Shown piece after piece: positions 26,702 through 36,215 of a stretch of DNA of 40,077 nucleotides. A model generated the notes under the pieces. That model was not told where the DNA came from, did not search any database, and worked only from the letters and a program-made list of their open reading frames with translations. Source of the stretch: a virus (Duplodnaviria > Caudoviricetes); IMG/VR virus record IMGVR_UViG_3300029319_000140, positions 1 to 40,077 of that record, one strand, 5' to 3'. Made by a program: the position numbers and the translations under genes. Position 1 is the first letter of the stretch. Every line of letters begins with the position of its first letter.

Positions 26702-26995
26702 ATGAAATATAATGTAAATGAAAAATTAATAGAATTGAATAAATTAGAAATGAATTATTCAAGATATGTAGTTAATTGTGATAATATTTATAGTTGGGCT
26801 TGTGATACTTACAACACAGAAAAGCCAACAGATAAACAATTAGAAAGCATCTGTGAATATCCACTAAATTATTCAGATTATTACAGAAATATAAAAGTAA
26901 TAGATAGTATGCAAAAAAAGATTATCAAAGATTTAAAAGATAATCATAATGTAAATGTAGAATACAATGGTGATATTTATATTATAGTTCAGTAA
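26702..26995 (+). CDS. Hypothetical protein
   Basis: AGGA RBS; follows a promoter motif. Confidence 0.65.
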   Translation: MKYNVNEKLIELNKLEMNYSRYVVNCDNIYSWACDTYNTEKPTDKQLESICEYPLNYSDYYRNIKVIDSMQKKIIKDLKDNHNVNVEYNGDIYIIVQ

Positions 26996-27006
26996 TATAA
27001 TTGGGT

Positions 27007-27070
27007 TGGGTTGGGGTTTTCAAAATCTCAACCCATTTCCAAATTTTCAACTTCGCCTTCGGGCGGGGGG
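27007..27070 (+). terminator. Two hairpins ending the rightward small-gene unit
   Basis: TGGGTTGGGGTTTT/AAAATCTCAACCCA followed by TTT, then CGCC-TTCG-GGCG (UUCG tetraloop). Confidence 0.5.
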
Positions 27071-27131
27071 TATTTGCAAAAAAACAACCTCACACAAAAT
27101 CGCCAAATTTTTTTAGAAAATTTTTTTCAGC

Positions 27132-27250
27132 ATTAGGGTACCCTAGTATTTGGTTACCCTAATATGTAGTGTGTGTCTTGGGAACCCTAATTAGGTTACC
27201 CTAATAGGAATACCCTAATAGGGATACCCTAATAGGGTAATACCCTAATA
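27132..27250. repeat. Array of seven ACCCTA-containing quasi-palindromic repeats
   Basis: ACCCTA at 27140, 27156, 27184, 27198, 27212, 27226 and 27242; units resemble TAGGGTACCCTA. Confidence 0.85.
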
Positions 27251-27360
27251 CGACAACCTGAAAGAGGTTCTTTAAGATAAGGTATTTTCTTTCGTTTTCA
27301 AAGAACTATTTTCACTTTTTTTAATTTTTCTCTGTTTTTGAGACTTTACGTAGATATTTA

Positions 27361-27390
27361 TTGTAAACACTTGACGAAAGATTGTAAGTT
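27361..27390 (+). promoter_or_regulatory. sigma70-like promoter TTGTAA-N18-TAAGTT for the packaging operon
   Basis: Same spacing as the 7657 and 30888 motifs; TAAGGAG RBS downstream. Confidence 0.45.
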
Positions 27391-27418
27391 TTAACAAACA
27401 TAAGGAGACATTAGTATT

Positions 27419-27610
27419 ATGAAAGATAAAGTAAAAACACAGATACAACAATATCAACAACAGTTTGATGAGTTGCTAAGTAAAAGAGACGAGTTAGTTG
27501 CTGAGATAAAAACAATACAACAAGCAATGGAACAAGTCAAAGGTGCTTACGCTGCTTTAAAAGGTCTTGCAGAAGAAGACAAACCTAAAAAAAAGAAAGA
27601 TAAAAAATAA
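27419..27610 (+). CDS. Small coiled-coil protein
   Basis: Strong RBS; heptad pattern; basic tail. Confidence 0.75.
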   Translation: MKDKVKTQIQQYQQQFDELLSKRDELVAEIKTIQQAMEQVKGAYAALKGLAEEDKPKKKKDKK

Positions 27611-27817
27611 ATGGAACTCAATGAAAGCATAGAACGTATGAAGTTTTTAGTAGAACGATTACGTGATGCTGAGATATTTGCAGAAGAACCCTTTGTATTG
27701 GAACGCCTCATAGAATTATTTGAAGTAGTAGAGATGATGGAAACACCTGAACTTGTAGGGCAGGATGATATATGGGGGAGTTCAATAAGTGAAGATGGCA
27801 AAAAAATCAAAGCTTAA
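27611..27817 (+). CDS. Hypothetical acidic protein
   Basis: Directly follows the upstream stop. Confidence 0.65.
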   Translation: MELNESIERMKFLVERLRDAEIFAEEPFVLERLIELFEVVEMMETPELVGQDDIWGSSISEDGKKIKA

Positions 27818-28568
27818 AAGAGCAATCGTCTTTCCTGATGTGCACTTTCCGTTGCACGATATGAAAGCATTATCTTGTGCATTACAAGCAATCAAGATTG
27901 TCAAACCAGACATCTATGTCAATATAGGTGATGTGGGAGAGTGGCATCACTTCAGTCCTTGGAAGTATAAAGGAAAGAAGTTGCCAGACTTAGAATATCA
28001 AATCCCATTCCTTGACCAAGACATTAGAGATGTCAATGCTGGTTTAGATATAATTGATTACGAATTAAAAAAGCACAAGGTATCTGAGAAGTATATGCTT
28101 CAAGGAAACCACGAACTCTGGATGGATAACTTTGTAGAACGTTACCCATATATGCAAGAGTATACCTTTCCAAAGGCTTGTAAGCTAAAAGAAAGAGGGT
28201 ATAAGTATTATGAATACAACTTACCATTGAAACTTGGTAAGATTAATTTTATACACGGTACCTACGCAACTACTTACCACGCTAAAAAACATCTTGAAAC
28301 GTATGGAGCCAATATTATGTACGGGCATACTCACGATGTTCAACGACATACCTTAACCAAATTAGATGCAGGAACTATTGGAGCTTGGGGAATTGGATGT
28401 CTGAAAGATATGTCAAGAGAAAGCAACAAGTGGTTGCGAGGTCGTTTGCATAATTGGAATCACGCATTTAGTATCATTACCTTTTTCCCAGGTGGGAACT
28501 TCCAAGTAGAAGTCGTTGAGATTGTCAATGGCAGATGCGTGGTATGGGGTAATGTTGTTGAAGGCTAA
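27789..28568 (+). CDS. Calcineurin-like metallophosphoesterase
   Basis: PDVH, IGD, GNHE, IHG and GHTH motifs. Confidence 0.9.
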   Translation: MKMAKKSKLKRAIVFPDVHFPLHDMKALSCALQAIKIVKPDIYVNIGDVGEWHHFSPWKYKGKKLPDLEYQIPFLDQDIRDVNAGLDIIDYELKKHKVSEKYMLQGNHELWMDNFVERYPYMQEYTFPKACKLKERGYKYYEYNLPLKLGKINFIHGTYATTYHAKKHLETYGANIMYGHTHDVQRHTLTKLDAGTIGAWGIGCLKDMSRESNKWLRGRLHNWNHAFSIITFFPGGNFQVEVVEIVNGRCVVWGNVVEG

Positions 28569-29302
28569 TGCATAAACGTATTATCAAAGGTGTCCCTCGT
28601 TATGTATTTGATAACGAGAAAGAGTTTAGAAAGATATTCCCTGATGCAGAACTGATTCAGGATTGGCGAGATGGAGAACCAAATGATTGGGTGCTAACCG
28701 ATGATGGCAAGGTTACACAGATTCTTCGTAAGAAGAAGATGAAAAACACTACCCTTAAAGCAATAGATGATTATTATATCACATTGCTTGGACCTTGTTT
28801 TCGTTCAGGAACGATGGAGGGAGCACCCAAAAAAGATTATAACTCATTCAAGAAAAGGACTAACATAGAAGAAAAGCCTTTGTCTTGGAGAGAGATTCGT
28901 TTTGTGAAGATGATAGCACACGGCGAAGCACCCGTTCAAGCATACTTAGAATGTTTTGAAACGAATAATAAAAACACAGCATCTGTGAAATCATCAATGC
29001 TGTTAAAACAAACTAGGATAAAAGAAGAAGTGGAAAAAGAAATAGAAGAATTACTGACTGATATTGGTATTGACAAACGCTGGACATTAGAACAGGCAAA
29101 AGATATTGTAGAAAACCCTGACACCTCTGATGCAGTGAAGCTAAGAGCTTTGGAAAACTTTATGAAGATACAAAGTATGTATCCAAAAGAAAAGAAGTCA
29201 GAGCAGTTACTACTTGGTCAAGCCTTTACTGGGTTTAGTAAAGAAGAAATCTTACAACTTAGTGGAGTGAAACAAATTGAAAGTGGAGAACAAGAAGATT
29301 AA
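28568..29302 (+). CDS. terS: Terminase small subunit (putative, with an extra N-terminal domain)
   Basis: Immediately upstream of TerL; HTH-like REIRFVKMIAHGEAPVQAY...ASVKSSMLLK; DAVKLRALE. Confidence 0.65.
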   Translation: MHKRIIKGVPRYVFDNEKEFRKIFPDAELIQDWRDGEPNDWVLTDDGKVTQILRKKKMKNTTLKAIDDYYITLLGPCFRSGTMEGAPKKDYNSFKKRTNIEEKPLSWREIRFVKMIAHGEAPVQAYLECFETNNKNTASVKSSMLLKQTRIKEEVEKEIEELLTDIGIDKRWTLEQAKDIVENPDTSDAVKLRALENFMKIQSMYPKEKKSEQLLLGQAFTGFSKEEILQLSGVKQIESGEQED

Positions 29303-30881
29303 TATTATCCCATCTGCGTCAGAGATGTCTGATAGAGATGAGATATTAGCCAAAGCATACAAAGACTTAATATTTTTTGGTCGTGTATTCTTACCACAAG
29401 ACTTCTTACACAAATCTGAAAGTCCACAATTCCACCACGACCTTGCTAAAAAACTAATTCAACATAAACCAGGGGCACGTATTTGCAATGTGATACCTCG
29501 TGGTATGGGTAAAAGTATTTTATCTAAAGCTGCTATTATGCATAAGTTTCTTTTTGCTGAGGAAGACAAACAAAACTTTGTGGCTTGGGTATCAGAAGAA
29601 CAAGGTCAGTCTGTAGACCATTTGAAATATATACGACACCACTTTGAAGAAAATGAAATCATAAGATATTACTTTGGTAATATGGATGGTGGTTCAGTTG
29701 GTAAGAGATGGACTGAAAAAGATATTGTTACACCCAAAGGTGATAGAATCATAGCCAAAGGTTCTGCACAGAGACTTCGTGGTAGAGCAGAGGTAGGTGT
29801 AAGATATACTGGTATAATTCTTGACGACTTTGAATCAGAGTTAAATACTAAGACTCCAGATAGAAGAGCAGAGTTAAAGAAGTGGATTGTATCTACTGTG
29901 TTTCCATCATTAGAAGAAACACCAGGTAATGAAGGTTGGATATGGCTGACTGGTACGATTGTACACTATGACTCATTCTTGCAAAACATTGTTGATGGAT
30001 GGAAAGAGGCAAAGAATGATAACAGAAACTATCCTTGGGATTTAACATTTCATAGAGCCATAGAAGATGGAAAGCCTTTATGGAAAGACCAGTTCCCATT
30101 ATCTAAATTAGAAAATAAAAGAAAAGAATTTATTGAAGCAGGACTTGTAAACAAGTTTGCTCAAGAGTATATGAATGATGCAAGAGACTCAGCATCCGCT
30201 GCATTCAAAGTAGATAGAATACAATATTACAATCATAAGTTTGAAGTAAGAGATAGGTTTTGTTATTTAGTTGATAATGATGAAGCCATACCAATTAATG
30301 TATATATTGGAGTAGACCTTGCAGCTACCGCAACAAAGACATCAGACTATCAAGTTATTTTGGTAATGGGTATTGATGCAAACAAAAATAGATACATCTT
30401 AGATTACTTTAGAGAAAAAATACCAGCCTTTGATATGGCAGAAGAAATAGTTAAGATGGCAAGAAAGTATAGCCCTGTAAGAAGAGTGAGTATTGAAACT
30501 GTTGCTGCACAAGAAATGGTAAGAGATATGACAAGTAGAATATCTGTGGCTGATAAAAGGTTGATGCCAGGTATATTCAAAGGGGTAAAGCCTCCATATG
30601 GTATTAAGAAAGAAGATAGATTAGAAACAACACTTGGTCCCATAGTAAATTCTAAGAAGCTATATATCAAAAAACATATGACTGAGATAGTAGATGAGTT
30701 GTTTGAACATCCAAAACCAAAGAACGATGACCTTATGGATGCATTATACTATGCAGATTATTTTGCTAAAGCTCCTAGTAGCACTGCTATAGATGCTAAA
30801 AATTTTAAAGACAGGCTAGAAAAACAAGTTAATATTAAGAAAAACAAGGTTTATAACTGGATAACAGGTAGTATTGACTGA
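29277..30881 (+). CDS. terL: Terminase large subunit
   Basis: Walker A PRGMGKS, Walker B IILDDFE, GTIVH, FAQEYMN, nuclease GVDLA and NDDLMDA. Confidence 0.95.
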   Translation: MKVENKKINIIPSASEMSDRDEILAKAYKDLIFFGRVFLPQDFLHKSESPQFHHDLAKKLIQHKPGARICNVIPRGMGKSILSKAAIMHKFLFAEEDKQNFVAWVSEEQGQSVDHLKYIRHHFEENEIIRYYFGNMDGGSVGKRWTEKDIVTPKGDRIIAKGSAQRLRGRAEVGVRYTGIILDDFESELNTKTPDRRAELKKWIVSTVFPSLEETPGNEGWIWLTGTIVHYDSFLQNIVDGWKEAKNDNRNYPWDLTFHRAIEDGKPLWKDQFPLSKLENKRKEFIEAGLVNKFAQEYMNDARDSASAAFKVDRIQYYNHKFEVRDRFCYLVDNDEAIPINVYIGVDLAATATKTSDYQVILVMGIDANKNRYILDYFREKIPAFDMAEEIVKMARKYSPVRRVSIETVAAQEMVRDMTSRISVADKRLMPGIFKGVKPPYGIKKEDRLETTLGPIVNSKKLYIKKHMTEIVDELFEHPKPKNDDLMDALYYADYFAKAPSSTAIDAKNFKDRLEKQVNIKKNKVYNWITGSID

Positions 30882-30887
30882 TAGTTC

Positions 30888-30917
30888 TTGCTGAAACTTT
30901 ACCAAAATTCGTAAATT
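30888..30917 (+). promoter_or_regulatory. sigma70-like promoter TTGCTG-N18-TAAATT for the head operon
   Basis: Intergenic before the portal; same geometry as 7657. Confidence 0.55.
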
Positions 30918-30953
30918 TGACTCAATAAAATACATCTTTTTCTAAGGAATAAT

Positions 30954-32987
30954 ATGGAATATGACAAAAGAGCACTAACCAACCGAGAACTTTTCGACAG
31001 ATATAAGAATGATAGAAAGGCTTGGGAGACAGATGCTAGACAAGATTTAGATTTTTATTTAGGTAATCATTTCACAGAAACAGAATCTCACGAATTATCA
31101 GCGAGAAACCAGGCAGATGTTCCTATGGATAGAATATCTCCTGCTGTTGAAAGATTAAAAAGTATGCTGACATCCAGACCTCCTGTGTTTACAGTTGTAC
31201 CTAGAGAGGATTCAGACACATCATTAGCCTATCTTTGGAGAGAGGTAATGGGATTTGCTTGGCAGAACTCAGAAGGAGACGCACAGGTAAAACAAGCGAT
31301 ACACGATTATTGTGTAGTAGGGCTTGGATTTTTATATGCTTACATTGACTATGACTCTGACTTTGGTAAAGGGGATGTAAAGTTTTCATACCTTGACCCA
31401 TTCAGAGTGTATGTCCCAGCTTCATCCAGAGATAGATTTTTTACAGATGCAGATAACATAATCTTATCTACAATACTTACAGAAACACAGGTATTAAATT
31501 TATATCCAGAGTTAGGTTCAAGCGTAGACCCAGAAACTGGAGAAGAGATTGACCCATTGATTGATAGAATATCTACATACTCTAATGAGCAAGACTATCC
31601 TGATAATATAAATAAAAACTCTTTGAATACATATACACCTGATACAGTAAGAGGATACACAGAACAAAACTATAAACGTTTTCAGATATTAGAAAGATTT
31701 ACAAAAGTTAAAGTTCCTTTTTATCGTTTGATGGATAATGAAAATGGTAAAGAGTTTATTGTAGATGAAGCAGATTTTAGAATATTTTTAGAGCAAAATA
31801 AAAATTTAGTTGAAGAGGGTAAGGTAGATATAATACAAGTCTATCAAAATAGAATTAAAGTTGTTGCAAGTATTGGTGAGGTAGTGTTGTATGAAACTAT
31901 ATTGAACACAGATGTATACCCAATAGTGCCTATTGCAAACGTTTGGACTCAAACCCCTTATCCTCGTTCTGATGTCTCCAGAGCAAGACCAATGCAACGT
32001 TTGTTAAATAAGTTATGGTCATTAGCACTATCTCACGCACAAGCATCAGCAGGTTTGAAACTTATGGTTCCTATTGGAAGTGTAGAAAATGTTTCACAAT
32101 TAGAAAAAGATTGGGCAAATCCAAATGCAGTAATAGAAGTAGATTCATCACAAGGTGAGCCACACTATCCAGCACCTCAACCTTTGTCTGGAGAGTTTTA
32201 TAGATTGATACAGCAGTGTGAGTTTTATATAAACTTTATCTTTGGTATTCCAGAGATAATGCAAGGGGTGGGAGAACAGCCAGATACTGCAAGAGGAACT
32301 GAAAGAATTATAGCATTAGGTAGTGAAAGACCTAAATCAAAACTTAGAGATGTAGAATTTAGTATAAAGAGATTAGGTAAAGTAATGTACAACTATGCTA
32401 AAACACATTACAACGTACCAAAATTAATGAGATTGGTACAACCTAATAATGATATTACAGAGCAAATGGCTCAAATATACTCTGACAAAACGAGAGTTGT
32501 GTTTGATTTAAAGAAAGATAAACACAATTTAGAACAGCACGATGTGGGTATTGAGTCAGGTTCTACATTACCAACAAGTAAATACGCAGAGTTAGCTGTG
32601 TATATGGAAGCATTCCAAATGGGATTAGTAGACCAAGTAGAAGTATTAAAGAAAAACCCAGACATCTTTGATAAGGAAGGTATTTTAAATCGTATGAATC
32701 AAAGAGCAGCAATGGAGCAACAAATGACAAGTATGTCAGAAACTATAAAGAATTTACAGGGAGACCTGCAAACGGCTACAAGAGAATCTATATCAGATAG
32801 AAAACGAACTGAAGTTGAGAAATTTAAGACTCGTTTACGTGATATAGAAGCTAACGCCACTGCCGATAGGCGTATAAGTAAAAACAAACTAAACGATAAG
32901 GTGTTGCTAGAACTCGAGAAATTGCGTGGAGAACTAAAAGTCGTAGAGGCTGAAGTCAAGCGTGGTTCTGCTCAACCAGAGGACTAG
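30954..32987 (+). CDS. Portal protein (P22-like)
   Basis: 677 aa after TerL; DFYLGNHF, LDPFRVYV, YPIVP, MQRLLNK and a C-terminal coiled-coil segment. Confidence 0.9.
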   Translation: MEYDKRALTNRELFDRYKNDRKAWETDARQDLDFYLGNHFTETESHELSARNQADVPMDRISPAVERLKSMLTSRPPVFTVVPREDSDTSLAYLWREVMGFAWQNSEGDAQVKQAIHDYCVVGLGFLYAYIDYDSDFGKGDVKFSYLDPFRVYVPASSRDRFFTDADNIILSTILTETQVLNLYPELGSSVDPETGEEIDPLIDRISTYSNEQDYPDNINKNSLNTYTPDTVRGYTEQNYKRFQILERFTKVKVPFYRLMDNENGKEFIVDEADFRIFLEQNKNLVEEGKVDIIQVYQNRIKVVASIGEVVLYETILNTDVYPIVPIANVWTQTPYPRSDVSRARPMQRLLNKLWSLALSHAQASAGLKLMVPIGSVENVSQLEKDWANPNAVIEVDSSQGEPHYPAPQPLSGEFYRLIQQCEFYINFIFGIPEIMQGVGEQPDTARGTERIIALGSERPKSKLRDVEFSIKRLGKVMYNYAKTHYNVPKLMRLVQPNNDITEQMAQIYSDKTRVVFDLKKDKHNLEQHDVGIESGSTLPTSKYAELAVYMEAFQMGLVDQVEVLKKNPDIFDKEGILNRMNQRAAMEQQMTSMSETIKNLQGDLQTATRESISDRKRTEVEKFKTRLRDIEANATADRRISKNKLNDKVLLELEKLRGELKVVEAEVKRGSAQPED

Positions 32988-33004
32988 ACATCGAAGGAGT
33001 AAAT

Positions 33005-33745
33005 ATGAGTAATGAAACATCACAAACCGATACTCAAGCTGTAGAATCTATGGATACGGTTCAAGCTGGGTCTCAACAAGAAGGTACTTTAGAAGGACAA
33101 GAAGCAATGGATTGGGAAAAAGAAGCAAAGAAGTTTCAGTCTATGTATGACAAAGCTGAAGCAGAAAAAAAGCATATGGACCAATACAAACCGCTAGTGA
33201 ACTTACTAGAGCAGAGACCTGACCTTGTAGAGACTTTAAGAGATAGTATTGTCGGTAATACTGGTGAAGATAAAAAAACTGATACAGCACAGTTACAAGA
33301 TGACGAGTTCAATCCGTGGGATGCGTATAACAAACCTGGCTCTCCATCATACGAAATGCGTGTGAAACAAGAAGAAGCTAGAATAAATAATGCTGTAAAC
33401 AATGCTATGAGAGGGCAAGAACAGAAACAGTTTATTTCAAACACAATGAATAAACTTGAAAGTGATTTTGGTATGAATAAAGACGAAGTGCAAGAATTTA
33501 TGCGTTTTGCTCAACAGCCAAAAGATAATGTTCCTCTTGATAACTTAGTCAAACTTTTCAAAATGAATAAAGGTGAATACAAAGAACCTGTCATTCAAAA
33601 GCCAGACACAAGTAATCAAGCCCGTACAGCAGGAGTTTTGCAAGGTGGAAGTGTTCCTACCAAGTCTGAACAAGATGGAATGTGGGACCAAATCCTAAAT
33701 GCAGCAAACGCTGGTAGCATTAGTAGAGGAATAAAACGTAAATAA
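33005..33745 (+). CDS. Capsid scaffolding protein
   Basis: Acidic, helical-looking; between portal and capsid. Confidence 0.75.
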   Translation: MSNETSQTDTQAVESMDTVQAGSQQEGTLEGQEAMDWEKEAKKFQSMYDKAEAEKKHMDQYKPLVNLLEQRPDLVETLRDSIVGNTGEDKKTDTAQLQDDEFNPWDAYNKPGSPSYEMRVKQEEARINNAVNNAMRGQEQKQFISNTMNKLESDFGMNKDEVQEFMRFAQQPKDNVPLDNLVKLFKMNKGEYKEPVIQKPDTSNQARTAGVLQGGSVPTKSEQDGMWDQILNAANAGSISRGIKRK

Positions 33746-33758
33746 CTAGGAGAATAAA

Positions 33759-35126
33759 ATGGCAATAAGCGGACAAATAAAACAAACAGACTTGACTGCT
33801 GCTACTACATCTGCTGATTATGGAGTTGCTCCAGATAGAAGAAGACTATATAACTTTTCTGATAGGATTGCTGAATTAGCACCTGAAGAAAGTCCTTTCT
33901 TCGTCTACTTGAGTCAAACTGCTAAACTTCCTACTGATGATTCATTGTTTCGTTATCTTGAAGATAGAACAAAGATTAATTATACAAGTAGAGAGTTCCT
34001 TTTAAAAGGTAATCACGATAGTTCAGCAACTCAATCTGCTGGTGATACAGTATCATTTATTGTAGATACACCAGATGGTGCTGCTGTAGACTTCCTTGTT
34101 AAAGGTATGGTATTTGCTGTAAGAACATTAGGTGACACAGCTGCTGACGCAACATATGCAAATATTGTTGTAAGAGTAGAAGATGCACCTGTTCAAAATG
34201 CAAGTGACACATCCTTTACAGGTAAAGTAATATCTGTTTCCTCAACTGCAACCAATGCAAACAAACTTTTAGATAATAAAAGATGTCAAATCATTGGTAC
34301 TGCATATGGAGAAGGTACAGGTTCACCAGACGTATTCTCAGATAGCTTAGAAGATAATTATGGTTACACCCAGATTTTCAAAACAGCAGCTGAGATTACA
34401 AACACAGCGTATGCTACACAACTACGTGGAGTATCAAACGAGTTCGAAAGAGTGTTAGCTCAAAAAATGAGAGAGCACAAAATCGACATTGAAAGAGCTA
34501 TGCTCTTTAACCAAAAAGCAAGAGTTGGTGGTATTCAGTACACTGAAGGTATTGTTGGACATATCATCAAAAACAGCACAGTTGTTTCTGACAATTCTAA
34601 CTTATCATACTCATCAGGTAAAGGATATTTTAGAACAGCTGCAGCAAGTGAATTAACATACGACAGACTACTAAGTGACTTTGAAGTTCTGTTTGACCCA
34701 GCAAGAGGGGGTTCAAATGAAAGATTAGCATTAGCTTCTCTTCCAGTGATTTCTTTCTTCAACAAAATGGGAGATGGTTTCTTTGCTGATAATTCAACAG
34801 CATCAACTCAATATCAAATCAATATGGATGAACTATCAGGACAGTTTGGTCACCAGTTAATGGAAATCAATACAGTTCACGGTTCTATGTTTATGGTTAA
34901 AGAACCATTATTCAGAGGACATTCATCTGGATTAATGATGTTAGCTGATATGAGTAAACTATACTACAGACCACTTGTTGGTAATGGTATTAACAGAGAT
35001 ACACAAGTTATGACAAATGTACAAGGTGCAGATGAAGACTTAAGAAAAGATATGATTCTTACAGAAGCAGGTCTTGAAGTATGTCTTCCTGAATCACATT
35101 ACTTAATTAACTTGGAAGGAGTATAA
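33759..35126 (+). CDS. Major capsid protein
   Basis: PEESPF...NYGYTQIFKTA...EHKIDIERAMLF...DMILTEAGLEV resembles the DUF5309/SU10-type HK97-fold capsid; synteny. Confidence 0.88.
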   Translation: MAISGQIKQTDLTAATTSADYGVAPDRRRLYNFSDRIAELAPEESPFFVYLSQTAKLPTDDSLFRYLEDRTKINYTSREFLLKGNHDSSATQSAGDTVSFIVDTPDGAAVDFLVKGMVFAVRTLGDTAADATYANIVVRVEDAPVQNASDTSFTGKVISVSSTATNANKLLDNKRCQIIGTAYGEGTGSPDVFSDSLEDNYGYTQIFKTAAEITNTAYATQLRGVSNEFERVLAQKMREHKIDIERAMLFNQKARVGGIQYTEGIVGHIIKNSTVVSDNSNLSYSSGKGYFRTAAASELTYDRLLSDFEVLFDPARGGSNERLALASLPVISFFNKMGDGFFADNSTASTQYQINMDELSGQFGHQLMEINTVHGSMFMVKEPLFRGHSSGLMMLADMSKLYYRPLVGNGINRDTQVMTNVQGADEDLRKDMILTEAGLEVCLPESHYLINLEGV

Positions 35127-35127
35127 A

Positions 35128-35562
35128 ATGGCTAAGAGTGCATATTTAGAAGTAAATAGTGGTGTTAGTAATTTAAAACTCAAATACGAAGAAATTGCAG
35201 CAGCTAGAACACTAACTGCAGCTGACTCAGGAAAAGTATTCGGAGTAAATCAGGCATCTGCCTATGAGATTACTTTACCTTTAGCAGCTTCAGCTGGTGC
35301 TGGTTGGCATTGCAAATTCGTTTTATCAAAAGTAGCTTCAAACGCAGTTACTATTGCAAACAATACTGCCGAGGATTCAATCGTTGGTATGGTTGCAGGA
35401 GCTGACGATGGTTCAGCTGGTAACTCAGCAGAATCTGCAGTTGATGAAATCGTATTTATCAGTGGTGCAGCATTAGGTGACTCAGTAGAACTATTTTGCA
35501 ACGGTATTAATTACTTTGCAAAAGCTATTGTTCACGATGTAGCACACGTAACTATATCATAA
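35128..35562 (+). CDS. Capsid decoration/cement protein (putative)
   Basis: TLTAADSGK...ITLP...GDSVEL, beta-rich; directly after the capsid gene. Confidence 0.6.
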   Translation: MAKSAYLEVNSGVSNLKLKYEEIAAARTLTAADSGKVFGVNQASAYEITLPLAASAGAGWHCKFVLSKVASNAVTIANNTAEDSIVGMVAGADDGSAGNSAESAVDEIVFISGAALGDSVELFCNGINYFAKAIVHDVAHVTIS

Positions 35563-35636
35563 CCCGAACCAATAAGGGTAACAGTTTTGGATACTGTGGG
35601 GTTGTTCGTATAAAGGTTCAACCCCGAAATCCAAAA
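35562..35636 (+). ncRNA. Candidate structured RNA with three stems and pseudoknot(s)
   Basis: ACCC/GGGT, ACAGT/ACTGT, GGGGTTG/CAACCCC; loop TTTGGAT complementary to downstream ATCCAAA. Confidence 0.6.
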
Positions 35637-35662
35637 AAATTTAAAACTAATAGGAGAATAAA

Positions 35663-35854
35663 ATGGCAAATTTTGATACAGTGACAAAAGTTATAATCAA
35701 TGATATTAGTCCAGATGCAAGTACAGTCTCTGGTTCTTTAGCAAAAGAAATTAATGATTATATTGAAACTATAGATGATGCAAAGCTAGTGGCTACTAAC
35801 GCAGTTATGTTAGACAGAAGCAGAGTTGCATTCATTATCATTACTAAAGTGTAA
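35663..35854 (+). CDS. Small virion-module hypothetical protein
   Basis: TAGGAGAATAAAATGGCAA start identical to that of the capsid gene. Confidence 0.75.
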   Translation: MANFDTVTKVIINDISPDASTVSGSLAKEINDYIETIDDAKLVATNAVMLDRSRVAFIIITKV

Positions 35855-36108
35855 TGGCTAATTGTCAGCATTGTAATAAACCAAACAAAGAAGGACACTT
35901 TAATTGTCCATCTTGTGGCAGGAGGGCACACCCTCCAAAGTGGAGCACTCAGTTTGTTATAAGAGAAACACCAATGGCAACTGCTATTAGAAAAGACCAA
36001 ATAGATTTTGGTACGACTGATATGAAAAGTCATATTAAAAAAACAAAACAGAAAAATGATGAAGAAAGAAGTAAAAAACTAGATAACCTAATATGGGGAG
36101 ATAAATAA
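35854..36108 (+). CDS. Zn-ribbon protein
   Basis: CQHC...CPSCG. Confidence 0.7.
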   Translation: MANCQHCNKPNKEGHFNCPSCGRRAHPPKWSTQFVIRETPMATAIRKDQIDFGTTDMKSHIKKTKQKNDEERSKKLDNLIWGDK

Positions 36109-36215
36109 TGTACGGAAAAATAAAAGCATCAAAGATGAATGGCAAACGAAGAAAGAATGCTATGAACGGAAAGAAGAAAAAGAAAGTAGTTAAAAAGAAA
36201 GGCTACAGAAGATAA
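36108..36215 (+). CDS. 35-aa Lys/Arg-rich peptide
   Basis: Read by hand; TAATG coupling at both ends; GGAG RBS. Confidence 0.65.
   Translation: MYGKIKASKMNGKRRKNAMNGKKKKKVVKKKGYRR

Noticed and set aside
27181-27207. TTGGGAAC as a 13th ECF-type promoter
   Set aside because: The hexamer 16 nt downstream is TAATAG, which does not fit, and the site is part of the repeat array.
27132-27250. CCCTAA/TTAGGG as telomeric repeats or a mini-CRISPR
   Set aside because: The units are 14-16-bp palindromes, not contiguous hexamers, and there are no unique spacers.
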